Counted from the first letter of the stretch, positions 27,077 through 37,500 are shown. The stretch: DNA of 64,000 nt from an uncultured Gemmatimonadales bacterium (GCA_963771275.1 CAVYSW010000003.1:1792001-1856000), one strand, 5' to 3'. Numbers and translations are program-made. The notes: generated from the sequence alone by a model not told the origin.

Positions 27077-27675
27077 AGCTCCTCCGCCCGCACCAGGTCC
27101 TCTGCGGTATTGACGTTGAAGAAGAGGCGCTCCGGATCCCCGAACTGCGCCACCTGCTCGAGGGGCAGCGTGCCGACGCGCACGTCCGCGTGAAACCCGA
27201 TGGCGCGGTAGTCCTCGTCGTCCAACCGCCGCCGAATGGCCGGCTCGCACGCCGGACCATAGATCGCGCAGAGTGGCTCCACGGCGCGCCGGCCCGGACT
27301 TTGGGGGAGAAAGACGTCGTAGCCCTCCGCCTGCCGGATCAGCGCGGTCAGCAGCTCCTCCGACACGAACGGCATGTCCCAGGCGACGACCAGAGCGGGA
27401 CCCTCGCCGGCCGTGACCGCCGTGTAGATCCCGCCCAGGCTGCCGCACCCGGGCCTGACGTCCGGCACGGTGGTGAGATCGGGTCGCCACGCGTGGGCGT
27501 CGGCGGCGTTCGCGACGAGCAGCGGTGGTGCGCCGACCGCCGAGTGCACGGCGGCCGCGACTGTATCGAGGATCCGTTCGCCGCCGACGCGCTCGAGCCC
27601 CTTGGGCGCACCGCCGAACCGGCTCGCGGCACCGCCCGCGAGCACGACCGCGCGCACCTTAGTAGCGCCGTCCAC
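27058..27675 (-). CDS. mobA: Molybdenum cofactor guanylyltransferase
   Basis: LAGGAASRFGGAPK, AWDMPF, EPLCAIY, FFNVNT. Confidence 0.93.
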   Translation of the reverse strand: MDGATKVRAVVLAGGAASRFGGAPKGLERVGGERILDTVAAAVHSAVGAPPLLVANAADAHAWRPDLTTVPDVRPGCGSLGGIYTAVTAGEGPALVVAWDMPFVSEELLTALIRQAEGYDVFLPQSPGRRAVEPLCAIYGPACEPAIRRRLDDEDYRAIGFHADVRVGTLPLEQVAQFGDPERLFFNVNTAEDLVRAEELWRQRA

Positions 27676-28462
27676 GTTTCCGCTCCAGGACGATGTCGAA
27701 CCGTGCCACCAGGGAGAAGCTGTGCCTCGTGGCGGTGCCGGTCGGGGCTTCCGCGAGACTGCTCGCCGGCCCGGTCACCGTGGGGAAGAACAGCACGTTG
27801 TCGCGGATTTCGAGGCCCACCTGGTAGCCCGGACTGACGGGCACCAGCACCCCGAGCCCGACGGCGAGGGTCGGATGCAGGGCACTGTGGCCGGCGTCCC
27901 CGATGACGAGACGGGTCTGCGTTATCCCGTCCACATCCGTGAACCGGCCGACGAGCTCGACGGTGCTCGCGTTGCGCGTGGTGAACCCGCCCTGCGCGCG
28001 GAGATACGGTGACGCGAACCCCCCCGGCGCGAACCGATAGGTCCCGCCGATGGCGAACGCGATCGTGGAGGCCGCCCCCCCACGCTCCGTGATGTCGTCG
28101 CAAATCTGGAGGTTGACTGTGTCGGCGGGCGGAGCCCGATACGTGAGCTCGCAGCGGTCGTCCAGGCCGAACCCCATGAAGAAGATCTCGCCCGTAATGC
28201 CGAAATGCGGCGAGGAGAAGTAGGTGGCGCTTGCCCCGAGCGAGACGCCGGGTTCGAGGCTGCGAGACAGCCGCAGCGTGTCCGACATCGTGGGCTCTCC
28301 GAGCAGGGACAGCGGCTGTTTGCCGATCTGCCAGAGCGACGAGCCGGTCGTCACCCCCCCGAAGATCGTCACGAGCAGGTTCGGCTCCGCACGACGCTGG
28401 GCGGCGGCCGGGGCCGGCAGCAACGGCAGGAGCAGGGTCCAGCACAGCGCGATACGTGGCAT
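27659..28462 (-). CDS. Putative outer-membrane beta-barrel protein
   Basis: Signal peptide ending AAA/Q; SPYLRAQGG and alternating strands. Confidence 0.6.
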   Translation of the reverse strand: MPRIALCWTLLLPLLPAPAAAQRRAEPNLLVTIFGGVTTGSSLWQIGKQPLSLLGEPTMSDTLRLSRSLEPGVSLGASATYFSSPHFGITGEIFFMGFGLDDRCELTYRAPPADTVNLQICDDITERGGAASTIAFAIGGTYRFAPGGFASPYLRAQGGFTTRNASTVELVGRFTDVDGITQTRLVIGDAGHSALHPTLAVGLGVLVPVSPGYQVGLEIRDNVLFFPTVTGPASSLAEAPTGTATRHSFSLVARFDIVLERKRGRRY

Positions 28463-28470
28463 CGCCCGTC

Positions 28471-29226
28471 TCACGGATGATGGGTCTGCGGGGCGCCGCT
28501 CACCGCTCGCCCCACGAGGGTCATGCCGGCGCGCTGGGCGATCGTCCCCGCGAGGGTCGACGGCACGGAGGGGGTGGCGATCCAGGCCAGACGGGCACGC
28601 GCCGCCTTGAAGGCCAGTTCCGCGGAGATCCGCCCCGTCACCAGCAGCGCGCGATCGGCCACCGGTCGGCGCGCCAGCAGGGCCCCGCCGATCACCTTGT
28701 CCACGGCGTTGTGGCGGCCGATGTCCTCGGCATGGTGCAACAGCGTCGCGCCGTCGGTCAAGGCGGCGGCGTGAATGCCGCCGGTCGTCTGATAGCGCGT
28801 CCCGCGGGCGAACAGCTCCTTGAACAACCCGCGCAGCACGTCCGGCGGCGGCGGGTCCCCCCGTGGCGTACCGCGCGGGGTGGTGCTGGGATCCGCCAGG
28901 AACACCGATACCGCGCCGCAGCCGGAGGCCAGCACGGGTGAGCGATGCTCGGCCCGCACCGCAGCGAGCCGGTCGTCCGGAATCTCGGCCCAGAACCCGA
29001 GATCGGTGGCGCACGGGCGCAGCGACGTGAGGTCGCCCAACGACGCGATGTACCCCTCGCCGTGCAGCCACCCTACCGCGAGCTCCTCGAGCGCCTCGGG
29101 CGTGCACATCCACGTGACGGTCGGGCGGCCATTCACCTCGAGCCAGACCGCCACCTCCTCCACGAGCGCGGGCTCGGGCCCGCGACCCCGCCGCATCGCG
29201 ACCACGGCCCGCTCAGGCTTCGCCAC
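28471..29226 (-). CDS. fdhD: Formate dehydrogenase accessory sulfurtransferase
   Basis: SGCG, TGGIHAA, EDIGRHNAVDKVIG, TGRISAE; start at 29226 or 29196. Confidence 0.92.
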   Translation of the reverse strand: MAKPERAVVAMRRGRGPEPALVEEVAVWLEVNGRPTVTWMCTPEALEELAVGWLHGEGYIASLGDLTSLRPCATDLGFWAEIPDDRLAAVRAEHRSPVLASGCGAVSVFLADPSTTPRGTPRGDPPPPDVLRGLFKELFARGTRYQTTGGIHAAALTDGATLLHHAEDIGRHNAVDKVIGGALLARRPVADRALLVTGRISAELAFKAARARLAWIATPSVPSTLAGTIAQRAGMTLVGRAVSGAPQTHHP

Positions 29227-29638
29227 GGTACTCGGCGGAGAGGTCGTCGTCCTCCGCGATCCGCACCGCCTCGAGCCGGACCCCCGCCGGCAGGCGTGGT
29301 TGCACGCGCCGCCAGACGTACACGGCCAGCGCCTCGGCGGTGGGGATCTGGCGTCCGAAGGCGAACTCCGGAACGTCGTGGTTGAGATGCCGGTGATCGA
29401 GCGGCTGCCGGACCTGCTCATCCAGCAGGCGGTCGAGCAGCACGAGATCCACGAGCATCCCCGTCTCCTCGGAAACCGATCCCGCCACGGTCACCGCGCA
29501 ACGGTAGTTGTGGCCGTGGCCGTGCTCCCGCGCGCAGGCACCGAACACCGCGGCGTTGCGCTCCTCCGGCCACTCGGGGCGGTGGTAGCGGTGGGCCGCG
29601 CTGAAGCGGACCGTGCGGGTGAGTCGGGCCGTGGCCAT
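29213..29638 (-). CDS. queD: 6-carboxytetrahydropterin / 6-pyruvoyl-tetrahydropterin synthase
   Basis: FSAAHR, C...HGHGHNY, GMLVDL, LDHRHLN, PTAE. Confidence 0.88.
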   Translation of the reverse strand: MATARLTRTVRFSAAHRYHRPEWPEERNAAVFGACAREHGHGHNYRCAVTVAGSVSEETGMLVDLVLLDRLLDEQVRQPLDHRHLNHDVPEFAFGRQIPTAEALAVYVWRRVQPRLPAGVRLEAVRIAEDDDLSAEYRGEA

Positions 29639-29659
29639 GCTCGGGAATCTACCGCTCGA

Positions 29660-30658
29660 TCAGAACAGCCGCACGGCCATTGCCTTGATGCTGAACACGA
29701 CCGGCGAGCCGATCGAGATTCCCAGCTCGGCGAGCGCGACCGGGGTGATCTGGGCCACCAGCTCCACGCCCACATCCGCCGTGAGCCGCACGTGCCCGCG
29801 CCCGTCGTCGCTGATCCTCACGACCCGGCCGGGGAAGCTGTTCCGGACGCTCGAGTGGAGCGGCGCCGCGCTCACCACGATGTCGTCCGGCGGAATCGCC
29901 AGCGTGGCCGGCCCGGCGCGATCGGTCACCACCGTGAGCACCAGCGGGCCTGCATGGACCTGGCGGGGACCCGAGCCCGGCGGGAGGTCGACGCGAAACA
30001 GGTTCTCGGGGGTGACCGGCGTGAGGCGCCCGTCCGCCAGCGCCAGCACCCGGGATGACCAGCGGTACGCGTCCTCGAGCTGATGCGACGCCAGACACGT
30101 TGTGATGTCCTGCGCCTCGAGGTAGGCGAGCACCTCCCCCAAGGCGCTGCGCGCCGCAGGATCACCGGCGCTCGCCGGCTCGTCGAGCAGCAGCACGCGC
30201 GGGGCGAGCAGCAACGCGCGGGCGATCGCGACCCGCTGGACCTGACCCACGCTGAGCGTCCGCGCCCGGCGGTCGGCGAGGTCACCTGCGCCGACCCGCT
30301 CCAGCGCCTGCCGCAGCTGCTGCCGCTCGGCGGCGCGCGTGCGGCGTCCCGCCAGCGTGAGTCCGTACACGAGGTTCTCGCCGACCGTCATGTCGAACAG
30401 CAGGGGCTGTTGCTCGACCAGGGTGACGAGCCGCCGGGCGCGCCGTCGCTCGCGTGCCGTCACCACCGGGCGTCCGTCGAGCGCGATCTCCCCGCGCGTC
30501 GGGCGCTCGACGAAGCTCATCAGCCGGAGCAGCGTGCTCTTGCCCGAGCCGTTCGGGCCGACGAGCCCCGTGACCGTCCCGGGCTCGAGCGCTGCGGCCT
30601 CGATCGCGAGCACCAGCCGGCTCCCGTAGCGGTGCTCGAGGCGCTGGACGCTAAGCAT
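29660..30658 (-). CDS. ABC transporter ATPase with TOBE domain (tungstate/molybdate type)
   Basis: GPNGSGKS, LSVGQVQR, LLLDEP; SSVRNSFPG...IKAMAV TOBE. Confidence 0.88.
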   Translation of the reverse strand: MLSVQRLEHRYGSRLVLAIEAAALEPGTVTGLVGPNGSGKSTLLRLMSFVERPTRGEIALDGRPVVTARERRRARRLVTLVEQQPLLFDMTVGENLVYGLTLAGRRTRAAERQQLRQALERVGAGDLADRRARTLSVGQVQRVAIARALLLAPRVLLLDEPASAGDPAARSALGEVLAYLEAQDITTCLASHQLEDAYRWSSRVLALADGRLTPVTPENLFRVDLPPGSGPRQVHAGPLVLTVVTDRAGPATLAIPPDDIVVSAAPLHSSVRNSFPGRVVRISDDGRGHVRLTADVGVELVAQITPVALAELGISIGSPVVFSIKAMAVRLF

Positions 30659-31340
30659 CGCCGCGACCCTGCAGCATGTGCAGCAGCACGTTCACCGTGA
30701 GGGCGAGTCCCAGCAGCAGCAGCCCGAGCGCGATCGCCAGCGCGAAGTCCCCCTGCGAGGTCGCGAGGGTCACGGCGGTCGTCAGGGTACGCGTGCTGTA
30801 GCGGATGTTGCCACCGACGATCAGTGCCGCCCCGACCTCCGCCAGGACCCGCCCGAACGAGACCACCAGGGCCGTGAGCAGGGCGAATCGGGCCTCCCGC
30901 GCCACGGTCCAGTGGACGCGCCATCCGCGACCGCCGAGCGTGAGCGCGGTGCGACGGACCCGCGGGTCGACGCCCTGAACGGCGGCCGCCGTGAGCGCGG
31001 CCGCGATCGGCGCCGCGAGCAGCACCTCGGCGATGACGATGGCCCACCAGGTGTACAGCAGGCCGAGCCCGCCGAGTGGGCCGCTCCGGGCGAACAGGCC
31101 CCACACGAGCACGCCGATCACGACGGACGGGAACGCCAGCATGGTGTTGAGCGCGGTGATCAAGGCGCGACGACCCCAGAACCGCGTCGTCCCGACCCAG
31201 AAGCCGAGGGGAATGCCGACGAGCGAGGCGAGGAGGGTGGCGGCGAGGGCGACGCGGAGCGACAGGGCCGCGATGCTGAAGATCTCCGGGTCGCCACCCA
31301 CCAGCAGTGCGACCCCGCGTCGCAGGCCGTCAGCGAACAC
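30651..31340 (-). CDS. tupB: Tungstate-type ABC permease (TupB-like)
   Basis: RSGPLGGLGLLYT, FGRVLAEVGA, VGGNIRYSTRTLTTA. Confidence 0.85.
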   Translation of the reverse strand: MFADGLRRGVALLVGGDPEIFSIAALSLRVALAATLLASLVGIPLGFWVGTTRFWGRRALITALNTMLAFPSVVIGVLVWGLFARSGPLGGLGLLYTWWAIVIAEVLLAAPIAAALTAAAVQGVDPRVRRTALTLGGRGWRVHWTVAREARFALLTALVVSFGRVLAEVGAALIVGGNIRYSTRTLTTAVTLATSQGDFALAIALGLLLLGLALTVNVLLHMLQGRGDA

Positions 31341-31349
31341 AGGGCCCGA

Positions 31350-32057
31350 TCAGAGTCTGAACGCGAACCCCAGGCCGATCTGCAGACTCGGATGCGCCGT
31401 CCACTCGGACGTGGAATTGACCGCCGGGTCGAGCAGCGGCGCGGCGTCCGGCACGCCCGTCGGCGTTTCGAAGAAGCTGGTCGGGTACTTGAGCTGCCAG
31501 AACAGCAGCCGTCCTTCCAGCCGCACGAACACCGATTGGCTGGCGTAGAACCGCAGCCCGAGGTGCGGCCCGCTGAGAAACTTGGTCTTGATGCGGAAGC
31601 CGGAGGAGTCGGCCGGCACCGTCTGGCCGAAGGCCAGCCCGAGCGTGGCGCCGAGGTACGGCGCGAGCCCCTTCCACGTCTTGTCGCCCGTGAGCAGAAT
31701 CGAGAGGCCACTCTCGACGATCACCACCGACTGGCGCACCGGGCCCGTCAGCTGTGCGTCCGGTGCGGCGGAGGGATGGGGTACCATCCGCTGCAGGCGG
31801 TTCCAGGTCAGGCCGAGCGTGAGATCCGTCGGGCCGGTCAGGCGCATGTCGTAGCGCACGCCCGCCAGGTAGCCGTCGGCCGGCCCGACCCCGACCTTGC
31901 CGCCCGACCCGGCGAGGTAGCCGCCGACCACGGTGACCCCGCTGCGGATGGTGATTGGATGGAACGGCGAATGCGCGGGATCGTGCCCGACCTGCCCCGC
32001 TGCCGTGGCCGGCAGGAGCAACGCGGTGAGCGCGAGTGCAGCGTGGCCCTTTGACAT
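31350..32057 (-). CDS. Putative outer-membrane beta-barrel protein
   Basis: Signal peptide, LAPYLGATLG, C-terminal IGLGFAFRL. Confidence 0.65.
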   Translation of the reverse strand: MSKGHAALALTALLLPATAAGQVGHDPAHSPFHPITIRSGVTVVGGYLAGSGGKVGVGPADGYLAGVRYDMRLTGPTDLTLGLTWNRLQRMVPHPSAAPDAQLTGPVRQSVVIVESGLSILLTGDKTWKGLAPYLGATLGLAFGQTVPADSSGFRIKTKFLSGPHLGLRFYASQSVFVRLEGRLLFWQLKYPTSFFETPTGVPDAAPLLDPAVNSTSEWTAHPSLQIGLGFAFRL

Positions 32058-32086
32058 CCCCGTCGGGCGCTCCTAAAATGGTCTAA

Positions 32087-33118
32087 GTGTCGGCAACGAA
32101 ACAATGTAGCCACGGTCTTCCGGTGCGACCAGCCTGCTGGGCGGTTTCGATGGCGCTGGTGGCGTGGGCGGGGCTCACTGCGCCGCTCGCGGCGCAGACC
32201 CGTTACCGTGTCGCGAGCGAGGAGAATCTCCGCCAGGAGCCGGGCTCCCAGGGGCGCCTGCTCGGGCGCGTGAACGAAGGGACGGAGCTCGCCGGCGGCC
32301 AGGCGCGCGACGGGTTCGTCGAGGTGACGCTCGATGGCTGGATCTGGGGGCGTTCCGTGCGGGCGTCCACGACGGCGGGCTTCGACCTCGCGGTGAGCAA
32401 TGCGCGCGGCGAGAATCTGCGAGCCGAGCCCAACGGCGACGTGATCGCGCGCCTGCTCCAGGGCGCCCTCCTCACGGAGGTCGAGCGCGACGGAGGATGG
32501 GTTCGCGTGCGCCGCGTGGGGTGGATGTGGGCGCGTTCGCTCGCCGCGCAGAACGCGCCCCCGGCAGGAGGAGGGCGGAGCGGCACGACGCCACCAGCCG
32601 CCGCCAGCCTCGATTGGATGACGCTCGCGGCCGGCGTGCCGCTGCTGGTCGCCCCCGAGGGGGACACGCTGGGTGCCGTGCGCCGCTCCGCGTCGGCGCG
32701 CGTGATCGCCCGGGCCAACGGATGGGCCCGCGTGCAGCTCGAGGGCTGGGTGCGCGAGTCCGACCTGCAGCCGGCCGCCGGGGGCGTGCTCACCGGCGTG
32801 AGCGGCGCCGAGGTGCGCAGCGGCGGTCGCGCCTTCGAGGGGAAGGCCCTGCAGTGGGCCGTGCAGTACATCGCGGTGCAGACCGCCGACGCGCTGCGCC
32901 GGGACATGCCGGCCGGGCAGTCCTACATGCTGGCCCGAGGACCGCTCCCGGAAGCCGGATTCGTCTACCTGCTGCTGTCCGCGGAACAGGCGCGCGCGAT
33001 CGCGGAGCTGACCCCGCTGACCTACCTGACGATCGTGGGGCGCGTGCGCACGGCCCGCTCCCAGTACCTCGGCAACCCCATTCTGACGCTGGAGGACTTC
33101 CGCGTCGTCGAGCGTTGA
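32087..33118 (+). CDS. Secreted SH3-domain protein
   Basis: Repeated ENLR..P...GWV motifs (three SH3b-like units); start may be 32150. Confidence 0.75.
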   Translation: MSATKQCSHGLPVRPACWAVSMALVAWAGLTAPLAAQTRYRVASEENLRQEPGSQGRLLGRVNEGTELAGGQARDGFVEVTLDGWIWGRSVRASTTAGFDLAVSNARGENLRAEPNGDVIARLLQGALLTEVERDGGWVRVRRVGWMWARSLAAQNAPPAGGGRSGTTPPAAASLDWMTLAAGVPLLVAPEGDTLGAVRRSASARVIARANGWARVQLEGWVRESDLQPAAGGVLTGVSGAEVRSGGRAFEGKALQWAVQYIAVQTADALRRDMPAGQSYMLARGPLPEAGFVYLLLSAEQARAIAELTPLTYLTIVGRVRTARSQYLGNPILTLEDFRVVER

Positions 33119-33133
33119 GACCGGACGGATGTC

Positions 33134-33526
33134 ATGAACGAGCTGCTGCTGAAGCGTATCGAGCGTCGCCTGGCCAATCTCGCCGACGCACAGGGCTACC
33201 AGGTGCTGGACTACGTCGAGTTCCTGGAGACGAAGTACGCCGTCGCGCCGCGCGACGAGTCGGTGATGCAGCGGATCGCCAGCGGTGTCGAGGACACGCT
33301 CCGCGCGGGCCGGATCCCGGTGGCGGCGATCCGGGGCACCATGAAGGCGATGGACTCGGCCTCGCGGCTGATGGAGCAGCTGGCCCAAGCCGGTCGCGCG
33401 GCCGTAGACGAGCTCGGGAAGTCGGTGAATGCGGCCGGGCAGGCGGGCCGCCCGCGGACGCCGCCCGGCGCGGACGAGGCGTCGTCCGCGCCGCGCGATC
33501 CGCCGGCCCCCCCCGACTCCGCTTGA
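33134..33526 (+). CDS. Hypothetical helical protein
   Basis: Host-like codon usage; [14 protein letters not shown]-terminal motif. Confidence 0.7.
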   Translation: MNELLLKRIERRLANLADAQGYQVLDYVEFLETKYAVAPRDESVMQRIASGVEDTLRAGRIPVAAIRGTMKAMDSASRLMEQLAQAGRAAVDELGKSVNAAGQAGRPRTPPGADEASSAPRDPPAPPDSA

Positions 33527-33551
33527 TTCCGATTCCCGGGCAGAGTACCTT
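33523..33551 (+). promoter_or_regulatory. Sigma70-type promoter upstream of guaB
   Basis: TTGATT-17 bp-TACCTT. Confidence 0.6.
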
Positions 33552-33636
33552 CTGCCATGGAACCCCGGAACCTCTTTCCCACGACCCGCAAGACCGCCTC
33601 GGCCCTGCGGGCCGTCGTGTTTTTGGAGTCCGTCTC

Positions 33637-35094
33637 GTGAGTCGCATTCGCGCCGGCTACGCCCTGACCTTCGACGACGTCCTGCTCGTTCCGCGGCATT
33701 CGACCGTCCACCCCGGGGACGTCAACGTCGCGACCCGCTTCGCGCGGGGCATCCCGCTCAATATTCCGCTGGTGTCGGCCGCGATGGACACGGTCACCGA
33801 GGCGGCGATGGCGATCGCCATGGCGCGTGCCGGTGGCATCGGGGTGCTCCACAAGAACATGACGATCGACCGGCAGGCCGCCGAAGTGGATCGCGTCAAG
33901 CGGTCGGAAAGCGGGATGATCCTCAATCCGATCACGCTTGGACCCGACCGCCCGATCCGCGAAGCGGCGCAGCTCATGCAGCGGTTCCGCATCTCGGGCG
34001 TGCCGATCGTGGACGATCGCGGGAAGCTCGTCGGCATCATCACGAACCGCGATCTCCAGTTCGAGCGGCGGATGGACCGGCCGGTCCGCCAGGCGATGAC
34101 GAAGGAGCACCTCGTCACGGCGCCGGTCGGGACGACGCTGGAGGAGGCGGAGCGGATCCTCGGCGAGCACCGGATCGAGAAGCTGCCCGTGGTGGATGGG
34201 GACGGCATCCTGCGCGGGCTCATCACGGTCAAGGACATCTTCAAGCGGCGGGACTACCCCGACGCCAACAAGGACGCGCACGGGCGGCTGCGCGTGGCGG
34301 CCGCGATCGGCGTCGGGCACGAGACGGTGGCCCGCGCGAAGGCGCTGCTCGACGCGGGCGCGGACGCCCTGGTCGTGGACTCGGCGCACGGACACTCCGA
34401 AGGCGTGCTGCACACGGTCGCCGAGCTGCGGACCGCGTTTCCCGATGCGCAGCTCGTCGGCGGCAACATCGCCACCGTCGAGGGGGCGCGGGCGCTTGTC
34501 GAGCGGGGTGTGGACGCCGTGAAGGTCGGCATCGGGCCGGGCTCGATCTGCACGACGCGGGTGGTCACCGGCGTCGGTGTCCCGCAGATCACCGCGATCA
34601 CCGACGCCGTGCGCGGCGCCGGAGACGTCCCGATCATCGCCGACGGTGGCGTGAAGTACTCCGGGGACGCGGTCAAGGCGCTGGCGGCCGGTGCCGCCAG
34701 CGTGATGATGGGGTCCATGCTGGCCGGCACCGAGGAGAGCCCCGGCGAGAGCTTTCTGCTCGAAGGACGTCGCTTCAAGATGATCCGCGGCATGGGGTCG
34801 CTCTCGGCGATGCAGGACGGCTCGGCCGACCGGTACTTCCAGGAGGGCGAGATCTCGCTCCAGAAGCTCGTGCCCGAGGGCATCGAGGGACGCGTGCCCT
34901 ACCGCGGACCCGTGGGTGACGTGCTGTACCAGATGGTGGGCGGCATCCGCAGCGGGATGGGGTACTGCGGCGTCGCCACGGTCGGCCAGCTCCAGGCCGA
35001 AACCGAATTCACGCAGATCACCGCCGCGGGCCTGCGCGAGTCGCACCCGCACGACGTGGTGGTGACGCGAGAGGCGCCGAACTACAGCCTCTGA
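33637..35094 (+). CDS. guaB: IMP dehydrogenase (with CBS pair)
   Basis: [38 protein letters not shown]. Confidence 0.97.
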   Translation: MSRIRAGYALTFDDVLLVPRHSTVHPGDVNVATRFARGIPLNIPLVSAAMDTVTEAAMAIAMARAGGIGVLHKNMTIDRQAAEVDRVKRSESGMILNPITLGPDRPIREAAQLMQRFRISGVPIVDDRGKLVGIITNRDLQFERRMDRPVRQAMTKEHLVTAPVGTTLEEAERILGEHRIEKLPVVDGDGILRGLITVKDIFKRRDYPDANKDAHGRLRVAAAIGVGHETVARAKALLDAGADALVVDSAHGHSEGVLHTVAELRTAFPDAQLVGGNIATVEGARALVERGVDAVKVGIGPGSICTTRVVTGVGVPQITAITDAVRGAGDVPIIADGGVKYSGDAVKALAAGAASVMMGSMLAGTEESPGESFLLEGRRFKMIRGMGSLSAMQDGSADRYFQEGEISLQKLVPEGIEGRVPYRGPVGDVLYQMVGGIRSGMGYCGVATVGQLQAETEFTQITAAGLRESHPHDVVVTREAPNYSL

Positions 35095-35125
35095 TTGACG
35101 GTGCGAGCGACGGAGCGTGGGAGGA

Positions 35126-35242
35126 GAGTGAAAAGGGAAAAGGGAGAAGTGAAGAGCACGTCCGCGCGTGTGCCGGCGCAGGCGCCCCACCTGCAGGCAG
35201 GTTCTCTCGTTTCACTTTTCACTTTTCACCTTTCACTTCTTC
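35126..35242. repeat. Inverted pair of heptamer tandem arrays (AGTGAAA-like / TTTCACT-like)
   Basis: gagtgaaaagggaaaagggagaagtgaagag ... tttcacttttcacttttcacctttcacttc. Confidence 0.75.
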
Positions 35243-35305
35243 CGGTCGGAGCCCGCCGCCCGCCCCGACTACGCATCCCGCCCTGTCCCCCTTAAGTTCC
35301 GCCCC

Positions 35306-36346
35306 ATGAACGGGCACCCCGAGAACGGTTCGGCACGGCGCGGCATCGGCGTTCCGGCGGCGCGACGCCGGGCGGCGCGGGCCGTCGTGTCCGCCGTCAC
35401 GCCCGGGATGCGCGTGCTGCTCACCACCCACGTGAACGCCGATGGCGACGGTGTGGGCAGCGAAGTCGCGTTGTGGCACCTGCTCACCGAGATCGGCGCG
35501 AAGCCGGTCATCGCCAATCCGACGCCGTTCCCGGACCGCTTTCGGTTTCTGCTGGCCGAGGCATCCGGCGCGGACCGGACGGAGCGCGCGGTACGCGAGA
35601 TCGAGCGGGCCGACCTGATCCTCGTCCTCGACATCTCGGATCTCGGCCGCCTTGGGCACCTCACCCCGTTCATTGCCGCGCGCCACGTACCGGTGGCCTG
35701 CATCGATCATCACGCGAGCAACGGCTCGCTGCCGGACGGCCCGCGTCTCGTCGATCCGGCGGCGTGCGCCACGGGCGAATTGGTCTACGATCTGGCGCGC
35801 GCGGCCGGGTGGCTCCTGCCGCTGCCGGCGGCACGCGCCCTGTACGTCGCGTTGCTGACCGACACCGGCGGGTTCCGCTTCAGCAACACGTCACCGCGCG
35901 CGCTCCAGGTCGCCGCCCACCTGCTGACCCACGGACTCGACCCGGAAGCGATCTACGGCGAGGTGTACGCCGACGTTCCCGAAGGACGCGTGCGGCTGTT
36001 GGCCGAAGCCCTCGATACGCTGGTCGTCGAAGTCCCGCCGGGGCTCGCCTGGGTCACCGTGCCGCCCGGCGCGCTCGAGCGGCACGGCGTGAGCCCCGAC
36101 GAGCTCGACGGGGTGGTGGAGTTCCCGCGCTCGATCGCCGGCGTCCGGCTCGCGCTGCTGTTCCGCCAGCTCGCGGGCGGCCGCATCAAGGTCTCGTTCC
36201 GCTCGGTAGGCGCCGTCGACGTCGCCCGGCTGGCGGAGCAGTTCGGCGGCGGCGGGCACCGTAAGGCGGCGGGCGCATCGCTCGAGGGAACGCTCGCGGA
36301 GGTCCAGGCGCACGTGCTCGCGGAGGCCCGGCGCACGCTGGGCTGA
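35306..36346 (+). CDS. nrnA: DHH-family phosphoesterase (NrnA-like)
   Basis: HVNADGD, IDHH, LTDTGGF, SFRS, GGGGH. Confidence 0.92.
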   Translation: MNGHPENGSARRGIGVPAARRRAARAVVSAVTPGMRVLLTTHVNADGDGVGSEVALWHLLTEIGAKPVIANPTPFPDRFRFLLAEASGADRTERAVREIERADLILVLDISDLGRLGHLTPFIAARHVPVACIDHHASNGSLPDGPRLVDPAACATGELVYDLARAAGWLLPLPAARALYVALLTDTGGFRFSNTSPRALQVAAHLLTHGLDPEAIYGEVYADVPEGRVRLLAEALDTLVVEVPPGLAWVTVPPGALERHGVSPDELDGVVEFPRSIAGVRLALLFRQLAGGRIKVSFRSVGAVDVARLAEQFGGGGHRKAAGASLEGTLAEVQAHVLAEARRTLG

Positions 36347-36391
36347 TCAGGCGTTGCTCGGCCCCCGGGCCGTGTCTACATTCCCAATCCC

Positions 36392-37495
36392 ATGGCTCAC
36401 AATCCCCTGCAGGCTCGCATCGCAGGCGCGCTCACCAACGTCCGCAGCGCCCGGCTCGGCACCGACGTGATCTCCGGCGGTCTGGTGCGGGATCTGGCGG
36501 TCGGTGACGACGGCAAGGTCTCGCTCACGTTCGTGCTGTCCCGCGAGGATCCCGCCTCGCTGGTGCGGGAGGCGCGCCAGGCCGTCCGGGAGGTCGAGGG
36601 CGTCACCGACGTCCGGATCAACGTCGTGGAGCCGGCCGGCGCCCCCGGGGCCGCGCCGGCTCACGCCCCCGCGCCGGGCGCGGGGCAGCCCCCCATGCCG
36701 GAGGCGCCGGAATCGGGCGCGCTGGGCAAGGTGATCGCGATCTCCAGCGGCAAGGGTGGGGTGGGGAAGTCCACCGTGGCGGCCAACGTCGCGGTCGCGC
36801 TCGCCGGCCAGGGCCGGCGCGTCGGACTGATGGACGCCGATGTGTACGGCCCCAACATCCCGCGGATGTTCGGCGTGACGCAGCGCCCGGCGGTGCGCGG
36901 CAGCAGGATCCTCCCGCTGGAGGCCCATGGAGTGAAGCTCATCTCGCTCGGCCTCCTGATCGAGCGCGACCAGCCGGCCATCTGGCGCGGCCCGATCATC
37001 ACCAAGGTGATCGGCCAGTTCCTGCGGGACGTCGAGTGGGGGACGCTGGACTACCTGATCGTGGACATGCCCCCGGGCACCGGCGATGCGCAGCTCTCGC
37101 TGACCCAGGCGGTCCAGCTGGCCGGTGCGGTGATCGTGACGACGCCGCAGGAGGTCGCGATCGGCGACGCGCTTCGCAGCGCCAAGATGTTCGAGCGGGT
37201 CGGCGTCCCGGTGCTCGGCGTGGTCGAGAACATGAGCTACTTCGCCTGCCCGCATTGCGGCGAGCGGACCGAGATCTTCCTGTCGGGCGGCGGCCAGCGG
37301 CTGGCGGACGAGGTCGGCGTGCCCCTGCTCGGGCAGGTGCCGCTCCAGGCGCGGGTCCCGGACCTGGGCGACAGCGGGACGCCCGTCGTCATCGCGGAAC
37401 CGGACTCTCCCGCCGCCCTGGCCCTGCTCGGTGTGGCCGAGGCCCTGCGCAAGCGCACCGGGCGCACCGTGTCGCTGCCGATCATTTCCGGCTAG
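36392..37495 (+). CDS. Mrp/NBP35 (ApbC) Fe-S carrier ATPase
   Basis: SGKGGVGKST, DADVYGP, DMPPGTGD, VENMSYFACPHC. Confidence 0.95.
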   Translation: MAHNPLQARIAGALTNVRSARLGTDVISGGLVRDLAVGDDGKVSLTFVLSREDPASLVREARQAVREVEGVTDVRINVVEPAGAPGAAPAHAPAPGAGQPPMPEAPESGALGKVIAISSGKGGVGKSTVAANVAVALAGQGRRVGLMDADVYGPNIPRMFGVTQRPAVRGSRILPLEAHGVKLISLGLLIERDQPAIWRGPIITKVIGQFLRDVEWGTLDYLIVDMPPGTGDAQLSLTQAVQLAGAVIVTTPQEVAIGDALRSAKMFERVGVPVLGVVENMSYFACPHCGERTEIFLSGGGQRLADEVGVPLLGQVPLQARVPDLGDSGTPVVIAEPDSPAALALLGVAEALRKRTGRTVSLPIISG

Positions 37496-37500
37496 CGCCC

